Assembly (NCBI GenBank): GCA_964605435.1
Contig: CAZSDE010000001.1
Location: 1 to 43,310, forward strand
Length of the DNA stretch: 43,310 nt
Origin: an uncultured Akkermansia sp.
GTDB taxonomy: Bacteria > Verrucomicrobiota > Verrucomicrobiia > Verrucomicrobiales > V1-33
Direction of reading: 5' to 3'
Shown here piece after piece: positions 35,854 through 43,310 of this stretch (position 1 is its first letter; every line of letters begins with the position of its first letter). Made by a program: the position numbers and the translations under genes. The notes beneath the pieces are model-generated. The model worked only from the letters and a program-made list of their open reading frames with translations, searched no databases and had not been told where the DNA came from.

Positions 35854-36561
35854 CTAGCTCCCGAGGGCCTGCTTCACGGCCGCGATTTCTTCATCAAACA
35901 TGGCCGGATGGCGCAGCGTCCGCCTCACTTCGTCTTCGAGACGTTTGCTGATCCTGCCACGGAGTCTTTTGAGCGCCACCCGCAGGGCCGGAGCACTGAT
36001 TCCCAGAACCGCGGCCACGTCCTCCTGCCGGGGACCCTTCTCGGGAACCAGCGGCAGCAGCGCCTCAAACAAGGCCTCGCGCTCCTTGCGGATGAAATCA
36101 CGCCGGGCTGCCTCCACCGCGAGATTCATCAGATGAACCGCCCATTCGCGGTCAAAAGCCGCATCCGGCCCAGCCCCGGGATCGGTCAGCACCACGGACC
36201 CACCAACACCATCGGCCCCATCCCCGCCATCAAGCTGTACATGCTGCATCCCGCCACCGCGCTTCCCCGCTGTCACCGCCCGGTGCCGCGAAACCAGAAA
36301 ATGATCCAGAGCCGACCCTAGATAGCTGCGCAGCCGGCCTTTCGTCCGGTCGACCTGCGCCAGAAATCCACGACCAATCACCGCGGTCGCAAAGAAATCC
36401 TGACAGGCGTCCTCCGCATCCTGCTCCGGGAGACGCCGCCGCAGATAGCCCAGCACCGCCGGACGATACGTCTCGCAGAACCATTCACAGCACTGCGGCG
36501 AACGGCTGTCCTGCTCAATCCACGTCCAGATCGTATCGGGAAAATCCAAGGCGGGTGACAT
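35854..36561 (-). CDS. ECF-type RNA polymerase sigma factor (Sigma70_ECF, PVC-style)
   Basis: Region 2-like Y...V..YL.RR.....AED..QDFF and a region 4 HTH (QEDVAAVLGISAPALRVALKRLRGRI). Confidence 0.7.
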   Translation of the reverse strand: MSPALDFPDTIWTWIEQDSRSPQCCEWFCETYRPAVLGYLRRRLPEQDAEDACQDFFATAVIGRGFLAQVDRTKGRLRSYLGSALDHFLVSRHRAVTAGKRGGGMQHVQLDGGDGADGVGGSVVLTDPGAGPDAAFDREWAVHLMNLAVEAARRDFIRKEREALFEALLPLVPEKGPRQEDVAAVLGISAPALRVALKRLRGRISKRLEDEVRRTLRHPAMFDEEIAAVKQALGS

Positions 36562-36643
36562 TGCGGGTTTGTCAGGAAATCAGAGATTACTAACGGAAAA
36601 ATACTGGATCGGGACCGGACCACCGCCAATGGAATTGCTTCCC

Positions 36644-37718
36644 TCATTCGCGGAGCCGGAAAAACCGCCGCGGCTCGTCACCCCGGACAGCCACCGGCAG
36701 CAGCCAGTCGCCCCCGGTCAGGCTCCGTCCCTCCATCCCGACCGATTCCCACGGTCCACCCGGTGCCGCCGCCGCTTCCAGCACCGCAAACCGCTGCGCT
36801 GGCCAGCGCAGCATCCCCACCAGACCCGCGCGAGCTCCGGCCGCATCCCACGCCAGCCGCAGCGCCGGTACTTCCGCCATGACGACGCTCTCATAGCTGA
36901 ACCCCACCCGTAGCTCGTCGAGCACATAGACATCCCCATTGTCGAGTGCCGATGCGCGCAGCAGCAGCCGGCTCAGCACAGCAGGTCCACTGGCGGCTTC
37001 CGAAACTGCGGAAGGCACGGGCGGTTCCTGCCACGACCCCGGATTCACATGCAGCTCCACCCGGTTGTGAAAGAACCCATTGTTCCGGATGCACCCCACC
37101 AGCAGGTACGTTGTGCCTGCAGCCACGCCGGCCGAATCATCAAAGACAGTCGCCGCCGTCGCCGTGTCGGCACGCGCAAAGAAACGGAACGGCTGCGACG
37201 GAGGAAATACCGTGCCGGTCGTGTTCAAACCGACGCTGAGCCGGGGATTGCCGGGCACCGGCATCGCTTCCTCGTCAAAACCCAGCTGCAGAAAGTCCTG
37301 ATTCGCCAGCGGATCCGCATTGTTCGTCCGGAACAGAAAGCTGAACCACACACTGACACCGGCCACCGCCGGTAGTTCGCGCCCCAGCCTCCGCAGCACA
37401 ACCGGCGTCCCATTCGCATTGTCCCAAAGCCGCAGCGCCCGCACCCCCCCATGGATCCGGACCTCCCCGTTCTCATAAACCACCGGACTGCTGGACCGGT
37501 TCTCGGCCTTCACGAGCGACTTGATCGCATTGTTCACATCGTAGCCTCCTGACCAGCCGAACCCCCCCCGCCAAACCCGTACCCGCCGAGCCATTGGAGC
37601 CACTCTCAAGCTGAGCACCGGCCGCGTATTCCTCAAAACCATCATGCCCGAAAATCTGCGCGCGGCCCCAGCCAGCCCCAGCCAGAAGTGCCGCCGAGGC
37701 AAGCCACGAAATTCTCAT
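36644..37718 (-). pseudogene. secreted jelly-roll/LamG-like hypothetical protein gene interrupted by a +1 frameshift in a G8 tract
   Basis: ORF 37473-37823 supplies a signal peptide and start (MRISWLASAALLAGAGWGRAQIFGHDGFEEY...GTGLAGG). ORF 36644-37702 continues as FGWSGGYDVNN... in the adjacent frame. Deleting one G of the run (37562-37569) joins them seamlessly. Confidence 0.65.
37562..37569 (-). repeat. C8 (plus strand) / G8 (coding strand) homopolymer at the frameshift point
   Basis: Counted directly: a-cccccccc-g at 37561-37570. Confidence 0.95.
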
Positions 37719-37883
37719 CAGCCGGGTTGCAGGCATGTGGCCAGTGTCAGCATGCCACGGCCCACCGTCCACTACGCACCGCCGGAAGCGGCCCCCCCAG
37801 CCCGAATGCATAAGCGCCCCCACCGCATTTCATGGCAGGACAGACGTTGCGGAATGCGCCTCACCTGCCGCATGCTCGCAGTC

Positions 37884-39446
37884 ATGAAGCGTCCCGCCAC
37901 TGCCGCCCTCGTCCTCGCCGCCGCCCTCGGCACCTCCCACGCCGAGCTCCGTCTGCCCAGCTTCTTCACGGATCACGCAGTCCTCCAGCGCGGCCAGCCG
38001 CTCCGCATCTGGGGCTGGTCCTCTCAGGGCGAAACCATCCGGGTTTCCCTCGGATCTGAAACGTCCACCGCCACCGCAGGAACGGACGGACGCTGGATCG
38101 CCACGCTCGCACCCCAGCCGCTCTCCACCAAACCCCTCACCCTCACCATCAGCTCACCCACGGAAACCATCTCCCGCACGGACATCCTCCTCGGAGACGT
38201 CTGGCTCTGCAGCGGACAGTCAAACATGGACTGGTCCCTCGGTGCCTGCAAGGCACCGGAAGACGTCGCCAGCGCCAACTTCCCAACCATCCGCCACTTC
38301 CGCACGGAATACCACTTCGCCAGCACCCCGCAGGACGACGTCCGCGGCCAATGGCAAACCTGCTCCCCGGCCACCGCCCACAGCTTCAGCGCCGCCGGAT
38401 TCTACTTCGCCCGCCGCATCCAGTCCGCCACCGGCGTCCCCATCGGCCTCATCACCAATGCCGTCGGCGGCACCAACATCGAACTCTGGATGTCCCAGGA
38501 AACCCTCCTCCATACTCCATCACTCGAACCCTACGCGCGCGTCATGCGCGACTCGCTCGCCCAGTACCAGCGTGAACTCGCCGCCGCCCTCGCCCCCATG
38601 CAGTCGTGGATCGATCAGGCCCGCGCCGCCCAGTCGGCCGCCACCCCCATCCCGCTGCCGCCTTCCTTCCCGGAATTCCCCTTCGGCGAAAAAGCCCACC
38701 GCCCACGCTGCACCACCCTCCACAACGGCCACGTCGCCCCGTTCATTCCCATGAGCCTCCACGGCGTCCTCTGGTACCAGGGCGAAAACAATGCCGACGC
38801 CAGCCTCTACCTCGAAAAGAAAACCGCCATGATCACCGCATGGCGCTCGTGGTTCCAGAACCCGGAAATGCCCTTCTACTTCGTCCAGCTCGCCGCATGG
38901 CAGAAACCCAATCCGGATCCAGCCGGCGGGGAATGGGGCCCCATCCGCGACGTCCAGCGCCAGTGCCTCCAGATCCCCCACACAGGCATGGCCTGCGCCA
39001 TCGACATCGGTGACGCCGAAGACATCCACCCAGCCAATAAGGCCGATGTCGGCGAACGCCTCGCCCTCTGGGCCCTCGCCAGAAACTACGGGAAAACAGA
39101 CCTTACCGTCAGCGGCCCCCTCTTCCGCCAACTCACCATCGAAGGCCAAACCGCCCGCATCCACTTCGACCACACCGATCAAGGCCTCATCACCGCCACC
39201 AAATCCGGCCGCCTGCCCGCCACGGAAACCAAAGGAGCCAGACTGGAACGCTTCGCCATCGCCGGAAACGACCGCCAATGGCACTGGGCCAACGCCACCA
39301 TCGACGGCCACACCGTCACGGTCTCGTCCCCGCAAGTGCCCGCACCCGTGGCCGTCCGCTACGCCTTCTCCAGCAACCCAGCCGGAGCCAACCTCTACAA
39401 CCGCGCCGGCCTCCCCGCCTCCCCCTTCCGCACCGATTCATGGTGA
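37884..39446 (+). CDS. sialate O-acetylesterase-like SGNH carbohydrate esterase (DUF303 type)
   Basis: Signal peptide MKRPATAALVLAAALGTSHA, then LPSFFTDHAVLQR, WLCSGQSNM (catalytic Ser block), and WYQGE.N. Start chosen at ATG 37884; ATGs at 37854 and 37872 are also possible. Confidence 0.8.
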   Translation: MKRPATAALVLAAALGTSHAELRLPSFFTDHAVLQRGQPLRIWGWSSQGETIRVSLGSETSTATAGTDGRWIATLAPQPLSTKPLTLTISSPTETISRTDILLGDVWLCSGQSNMDWSLGACKAPEDVASANFPTIRHFRTEYHFASTPQDDVRGQWQTCSPATAHSFSAAGFYFARRIQSATGVPIGLITNAVGGTNIELWMSQETLLHTPSLEPYARVMRDSLAQYQRELAAALAPMQSWIDQARAAQSAATPIPLPPSFPEFPFGEKAHRPRCTTLHNGHVAPFIPMSLHGVLWYQGENNADASLYLEKKTAMITAWRSWFQNPEMPFYFVQLAAWQKPNPDPAGGEWGPIRDVQRQCLQIPHTGMACAIDIGDAEDIHPANKADVGERLALWALARNYGKTDLTVSGPLFRQLTIEGQTARIHFDHTDQGLITATKSGRLPATETKGARLERFAIAGNDRQWHWANATIDGHTVTVSSPQVPAPVAVRYAFSSNPAGANLYNRAGLPASPFRTDSW

Positions 39447-40619
39447 TCCCGCCGGGGCCACGCGGATCCTCGGCGCCGGCCCCACCGACCGACCCGGAAC
39501 CCAGCGACCAGGCAGCATGACCTTAGGAGCCCTGCCGCCCTCCAGCGCCGGCGGCCTCAGCACCCAGCCAGCAAGGACTTCCGACAACTCGTCCTCGCTA
39601 TGCTCAAACCGCGTCGGCTCAGGAACCATCCATGTCGACGTGGGATCAGTCACCAGCGATACCATCGACACATCCTGAGGCACCCGTATCCTCCGGTTCG
39701 CCAGCCACCCGCTCGCTGCCAGGTACTCGTACCACGACACCAGAATCAGCGCCGTCGGTGCAGGCCGCTGCCATAGCTTCTCCAGACAGGCCAGCATCGC
39801 CTCCCGCGAAAACGAACCACCCAGCGGCGTCTGCAGGCTGATCCCCACCCCCATCTCCCGGCACACCGCCTCCGCATCCCGCCGGAAACCACGCACAAAC
39901 GACTGCGGCCTCCCCATCATCGGCATCGCCACAGAGCGATGTCCCAGCAGAATCAGCTCCCGGATCGCCTTCTGCATGATTTCCCCCCCATCATAACCCA
40001 CCACCGGCACCGGAAACCCTCCCTCGTTCCCGCTGAAGAAAAACGTCGGCACCCCGCAGCTGCGCGACCAGTCCGCCAGCCACGGCGTTCCCCGCGCCAC
40101 AATCAAGGCCTGCGGCTGCTCCACCTGCAGCAGCGCATCCCACGGTGCCCGGTTCCGCTTGTCATGCCCGTAATCCACCGAGTGCACCCGCATCGTCCAG
40201 CCATGCGGCGTCAGCCTCTCGGCAAGACTCGTCATCAGTTTCCAGAAAGGCTCATGCGGCGTCGCCGCCAGATCCCGCGGCGTGAAAACCACCAGATGCC
40301 GCGTCCCCTCATCCCCAGCAGCCTCCGCCGCCACCCCACGCGCCACCACCTCCCCCCGCACCACAAACCGCGTCCGCTGCCCCCGGCTCTCAATCCACCC
40401 GTCCGCCCGCAGCCGCTGCAGTGCTTCCGACACCGTCGGCACCCCCACCCCCAGCGCCTCCGCCAGAAACCTCACCCCAGGCAGCACCTCCGGAAACCGC
40501 CCCTCCACAATCAGCTTCCGCAACGCTTCCTCCGCCATATCGGCCCGGCTCTTCCTCACCAGCGACACCGCCCCCACCGACCGCACCACGGCTCCTCTGC
40601 GACTCGCATCTTTGTTCAT
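39438..40619 (-). CDS. GntR-type HTH regulator with a LacI/periplasmic-binding-protein-like ligand domain
   Basis: LPGVRFLAEALGVGVPTVSEALQRLRADGWIESRGQRTRFVV is a GntR-type wHTH, followed by about 300 aa with an alternating beta-alpha sugar-binding-like pattern. ATG at 40619 (the ORF-track start 40640 is GTG). The 3' end overlaps the esterase 3' end by 9 nt. Confidence 0.65.
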   Translation of the reverse strand: MNKDASRRGAVVRSVGAVSLVRKSRADMAEEALRKLIVEGRFPEVLPGVRFLAEALGVGVPTVSEALQRLRADGWIESRGQRTRFVVRGEVVARGVAAEAAGDEGTRHLVVFTPRDLAATPHEPFWKLMTSLAERLTPHGWTMRVHSVDYGHDKRNRAPWDALLQVEQPQALIVARGTPWLADWSRSCGVPTFFFSGNEGGFPVPVVGYDGGEIMQKAIRELILLGHRSVAMPMMGRPQSFVRGFRRDAEAVCREMGVGISLQTPLGGSFSREAMLACLEKLWQRPAPTALILVSWYEYLAASGWLANRRIRVPQDVSMVSLVTDPTSTWMVPEPTRFEHSEDELSEVLAGWVLRPPALEGGRAPKVMLPGRWVPGRSVGPAPRIRVAPAGSP

Positions 40620-40678
40620 CCAAAACCGCTCAGCCACCACCCCCAGCCACGCAAGTCCCCGAAAACGGAGAAATAAGG

Positions 40679-40709
40679 TAGGATGAAAATCCCAAAATTA
40701 GGATTCCTA
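40679..40709. promoter_or_regulatory. candidate operator: TAGGAT direct repeat 20 bp apart, the second copy within the palindrome TAGGA-T-TCCTA
   Basis: TAGGAT at 40679-40684 and 40699-40704. GGATgaaaATCC at 40681-40692. The 11-bp palindrome is at 40699-40709. All lie in the AT-rich region 60-90 nt upstream of the regulator gene. Confidence 0.3.
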
Positions 40710-40920
40710 GCTTATGGTAAATTACTAATTATCAAAATGCTAACAAAAGCAGTGCCCGCACTCTGTTCACAAAGCAGACACAGACACTGCGGTAACTCCG
40801 CGGCGGACGGACCTTCCAGCAGCCAACTCGCGCACAAATCCAGACGGCATGGGCCGATCCAGCCACCGCAGCAAACGATACATCCTCATAACCAGCGAAT
40901 AACTAAAATATCTAACAACT

Positions 40921-40964
40921 GCTGTGTTTTTAAAAAAAACAGCAATAGGAATTTGTTATTGCTG
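40921..40964 (+). other. two mutually exclusive hairpins sharing the segment ACAGC
   Basis: Hairpin A pairs GCTGTgTTTT (40921-40930) with AAAAACAGC (40935-43). Hairpin B pairs CAGCAATA (40940-47) with TATTGCTG (40957-64) around a 9-nt loop. They lie about 145-185 nt upstream of the PEP-CTERM gene. Confidence 0.35.
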
Positions 40965-41106
40965 CGCTCCTGGCCCAAAAGGTCCCCCCTCTCAACAAAT
41001 GCCCTAACGCCTGAAACCGGAGCCCCGGGGATCATTTTCCACCCCCGCAGGCCCGGCTCGGGCTCCCCGATTCCCTCAGCACCAACCAACTTCCTCAACT
41101 ACAGCC

Positions 41107-41790
41107 ATGATCCCGAAACGCGCCCTGTCGCGCCACTCCGCTTCCTTCCTGCTGGCCCTCGCCAGCTGCACCACCACCTACGGCGACATCTCCATCTTCT
41201 GGGGTGGCGAAGCCGGAGCCTCGGGCTACGCCAGCGACGGCACCACCCTCTGGGACTCCAGCTACATCGTCGAACTCGGATGGTTCGACGGCGGATTTCA
41301 GCCCACCAGCAGCAATCTCGACCTCTGGGCCGCCGCATGGAAACCCGTCGATCTCGCCACCTGGACGACCTCCCCCACAACCTACTTCTCCGGCACCGTT
41401 GTCCTCACCGACAACCTCACCGTCCCCGCCGGAGAGGCCGCGTACATGTGGGTCCGCAACGCGACCTCCATCGGTGCCGCCACGGAATGGCTGCTCGCCA
41501 CCAACGAGACATGGCTCTTCCCCGACACCACGGGATCGGATCAGACCACCGCGCCGCTCTTCTGGGACCTCGTCAGCACTCCCAATTTCCACGACGTCCC
41601 CTTCGGCGGCATCGGCGACGAAACCGACGCCCAGGGTGGCGAATGGACGCCCGTCCCCGGCGGCACCTACGGCTACCAGACCCACAGCGTCCCCGAACCC
41701 TCGGGCACCCTCGCCCTCGCCATCCCCACGGCCTTCGCCATCTCCACCGCCACCCGCCGCCGCCGCACCACCCCGACCCACTCGGCCTGA
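41107..41790 (+). CDS. PEP-CTERM sorting-domain protein (exosortase substrate)
   Basis: The C-terminus VPEPSGTLALAIPTAFAISTATRRRR has the PEP motif, a hydrophobic helix and an Arg cluster. The N-terminal signal peptide has a lipobox-like LASC. Confidence 0.85.
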   Translation: MIPKRALSRHSASFLLALASCTTTYGDISIFWGGEAGASGYASDGTTLWDSSYIVELGWFDGGFQPTSSNLDLWAAAWKPVDLATWTTSPTTYFSGTVVLTDNLTVPAGEAAYMWVRNATSIGAATEWLLATNETWLFPDTTGSDQTTAPLFWDLVSTPNFHDVPFGGIGDETDAQGGEWTPVPGGTYGYQTHSVPEPSGTLALAIPTAFAISTATRRRRTTPTHSA

Positions 41791-41827
41791 CCCCACACTT
41801 CCCCATTCCCAACCGATTTCCCAAGGC

Positions 41828-43310
41828 ATGAACTTCCCGAATCTCTGCTTCTCTCTGCCCAAACGGTGGCGCTCCCTGCGCAACCTCGCCCTCGCCACCA
41901 TAGCGGCAGCTTCCATTCCGGCCGCATCGGCTCAGTCCGTCTCCGATGGTCCGCTCAAGATGGAGATCATCACGGCCTACAACTTCGTGGTCGACTCCAA
42001 CGTGGAAAGTCCCTCCACCAAGGGCCCAGCCGCCGCCCACCTCGCGGTCCGCATCACCAATACCGGTGCCACCCCCCTCTCCAACGTGCTCGTCAATCTT
42101 GGCGATTACGACGCAGGCACCTCGACCGGATCCCCCGGCATCTTTCCCTCCCGCACCGTCAGCCTTTCCGGCTCCGGCGGCTACGCGGGAACCTTCCAGC
42201 TCGTCATGCCGGGCGGTGCCATCGACGCCGTCCGCAGCATCGCCTCCCTGCCACCAGGCGCTTCCTCGGTCCAGTACTTCTTCGTGACGTATCCCCAGAA
42301 GGATTCGCTCGGCCGCGCCGTCACCGGCCAGGCACCCGTCGTCACCGATGACCTCTGGCTCAACTACGACGCCTGGGCCTCCGCACAGTCCGGAGCCGGT
42401 ACCCACAGCACCAACGTGACCGCCAAGGTGACCATGCGGAACGAAATCGCCGCCATGGCGAACAAGATCAATCCGAACACCACCTCCAAGGTCCCCCCGG
42501 AGTACCTCGCCGCCATCGAGGCCAGCCTCGGTTGGCGTCCAGCCTCGGGCTCTTCCCGCATCCCCGGAGCCATTGTCACCGAAGGGATCTGGTACGACCT
42601 CGGCACCGTCGGAGCCGGATTCGACAACAACGGCGACCTCCTTCCCGACAGAAACGCATGGATGCAGCCCGTCGGCGACCCCGGCCAGTACAGCCCTCTG
42701 AACTTCCGCCTCGTCAAGTGCTACGGCATCGTGGTGGTCAAGCTCAACGACGGCACGGAGCGACTCATGCCCTTCGAGGACCGTCTCTACTTCGAGAACC
42801 TTCCCCCCAACAACACCGGGGCCATCGGACTCGTGTACTACGAATTCATGCCGCTCACCACGGGTTCCGTCGCCAGTACCTCCCCCTACCAGGAAGTAGC
42901 GTCCGGCTACGATAATGAGAAGTTCAATGCAGACTACGGTGCTGGCGGTACCTACATGACCGCAGCCGCTCCGGCCCTCACCCTCGACAAGACGGCTCCG
43001 GTGTCGGTCTCGCCAAACTCCACGGTTCCCTTCAGCATAACTGCCACCAATACCGGAGCTTCGACCATCGGCGATCCCAATTACGGCGTGCCCTTCGCCA
43101 TCGAAGACGACGTTCCCGCCGGCGTAACGTACCAGGCGGGCTCAGCTGTGGCCACGACGGTCCCGACCGGCAACACCGTCACCATTTCCTACGCCACGGG
43201 ATCTCCCTACACATGGAGCACCACGGAACCTGCGGATCCCACCACCGTCAGAGCCGTCCGCTGGACCCTCACCAGCGCAGGTCTCAAGGCCGCCGAAAGC
43301 TTCACGGTCG
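41828..43310 (+). CDS. large secreted surface protein with DUF11-like repeat domain(s), 5' part (runs off window end; absent from the ORF track)
   Basis: I translated frame 2 by eye from ATG 41828 to 43310 and found no stop. It starts with a signal peptide (..LALATIAAASIPAASAQS). Later, LTLDKTAPVSVSPNSTVPFSITATNTG... matches the DUF11 conserved repeat domain pattern. Confidence 0.75.
   Translation, partial: MNFPNLCFSLPKRWRSLRNLALATIAAASIPAASAQSVSDGPLKMEIITAYNFVVDSNVESPSTKGPAAAHLAVRITNTGATPLSNVLVNLGDYDAGTSTGSPGIFPSRTVSLSGSGGYAGTFQLVMPGGAIDAVRSIASLPPGASSVQYFFVTYPQKDSLGRAVTGQAPVVTDDLWLNYDAWASAQSGAGTHSTNVTAKVTMRNEIAAMANKINPNTTSKVPPEYLAAIEASLGWRPASGSSRIPGAIVTEGIWYDLGTVGAGFDNNGDLLPDRNAWMQPVGDPGQYSPLNFRLVKCYGIVVVKLNDGTERLMPFEDRLYFENLPPNNTGAIGLVYYEFMPLTTGSVASTSPYQEVASGYDNEKFNADYGAGGTYMTAAAPALTLDKTAPVSVSPNSTVPFSITATNTGASTIGDPNYGVPFAIEDDVPAGVTYQAGSAVATTVPTGNTVTISYATGSPYTWSTTEPADPTTVRAVRWTLTSAGLKAAESFTV

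Noticed and set aside
37644-37883. 80-aa N-terminal extension of the esterase ORF.
   Set aside because: The extension overlaps the divergent gene's start region and lacks signal-peptide character. The internal ATG at 37884 gives a canonical signal peptide (MKRPATAALVLAAALGTSHA).
40683-41831. 382-aa plus-strand ORF spanning the AT-rich intergenic region and the PEP-CTERM gene.
   Set aside because: Its translation is Arg/His/Pro-rich nonsense. It overlaps the well-supported PEP-CTERM CDS in another frame, and its 5' part lies in AT-rich non-coding-looking sequence.
1-43310. CRISPR arrays, IS elements/transposases, integrases, tRNA/rRNA genes, and a DnaA-box cluster (oriC).
   Set aside because: I saw no spaced direct-repeat arrays, no transposase or integrase-like ORFs, no cloverleaf-like or rRNA-like segments, and no TTATCCACA-type boxes on reading both strands. 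The glycan locus is therefore not called a mobile island, and oriC is not called within this window.

Overview
The window is a visibly GC-rich bacterial chromosome segment. The gene content (a PEP-CTERM protein, a PVC-style ECF sigma factor, a very long co-directional glycan operon) suggests Verrucomicrobiota or a related PVC organism, but the taxon is a guess. Nearly every gene from about 37.7 kb down to 0.64 kb is on the minus strand.

Left end (1-4.6 kb): the 3' part of a dGTPase-like gene, an aldo/keto reductase, mnmG (gidA) with two identical parS-type palindromes (so the region is probably origin-proximal), and a cytidine deaminase with an unusual ~150-aa RHH-like N-terminal extension.

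4.6-9.6 kb: a tightly coupled five-gene operon ending in a terminator. It encodes a class II aldolase, an FGGY kinase, an Fe-ADH, a cytidylyltransferase-type NTP transferase and a CDP-alcohol phosphotransferase. It reads like a Kennedy-type activation and transfer pathway for an unidentified polyol or sugar phosphate. This is my best candidate for an undescribed system.

9.7-35.2 kb: a ~25.5 kb, ~22-gene Wzx/Wzy-type glycan locus headed by a NusG paralog.
- It carries a complete UDP-GlcNAc3NAcA route (WbpA/B/E/D-like enzymes).
- Glycan-building genes are Glf, two AsnB-type amidotransferases, two GT-B and one GT-C-like transferases, and two SDR enzymes.
- Decoration genes are an MBOAT with an SGNH-like partner, an AT3 acyltransferase and a methyltransferase.
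- An embedded, translationally coupled LhgO (L-2-hydroxyglutarate oxidase) fits as a recycler of the 2-hydroxyglutarate that WbpB-type enzymes make.

Upstream of that locus sit a GbsR/MarR-like regulator, an ECF sigma factor, and a secreted-protein gene split by a G8 homopolymer frameshift.

Right end (37.9-43.3 kb): a sialate O-acetylesterase-like gene, a GntR-HTH/LacI-type regulator, an AT-rich intergenic island, a PEP-CTERM protein, and the 5' part of a large DUF11-like surface protein that is missing from the ORF track.

I saw no rRNA, tRNA, CRISPR, IS element or integrase. All functional calls come from motif recognition by eye; no searches were run.
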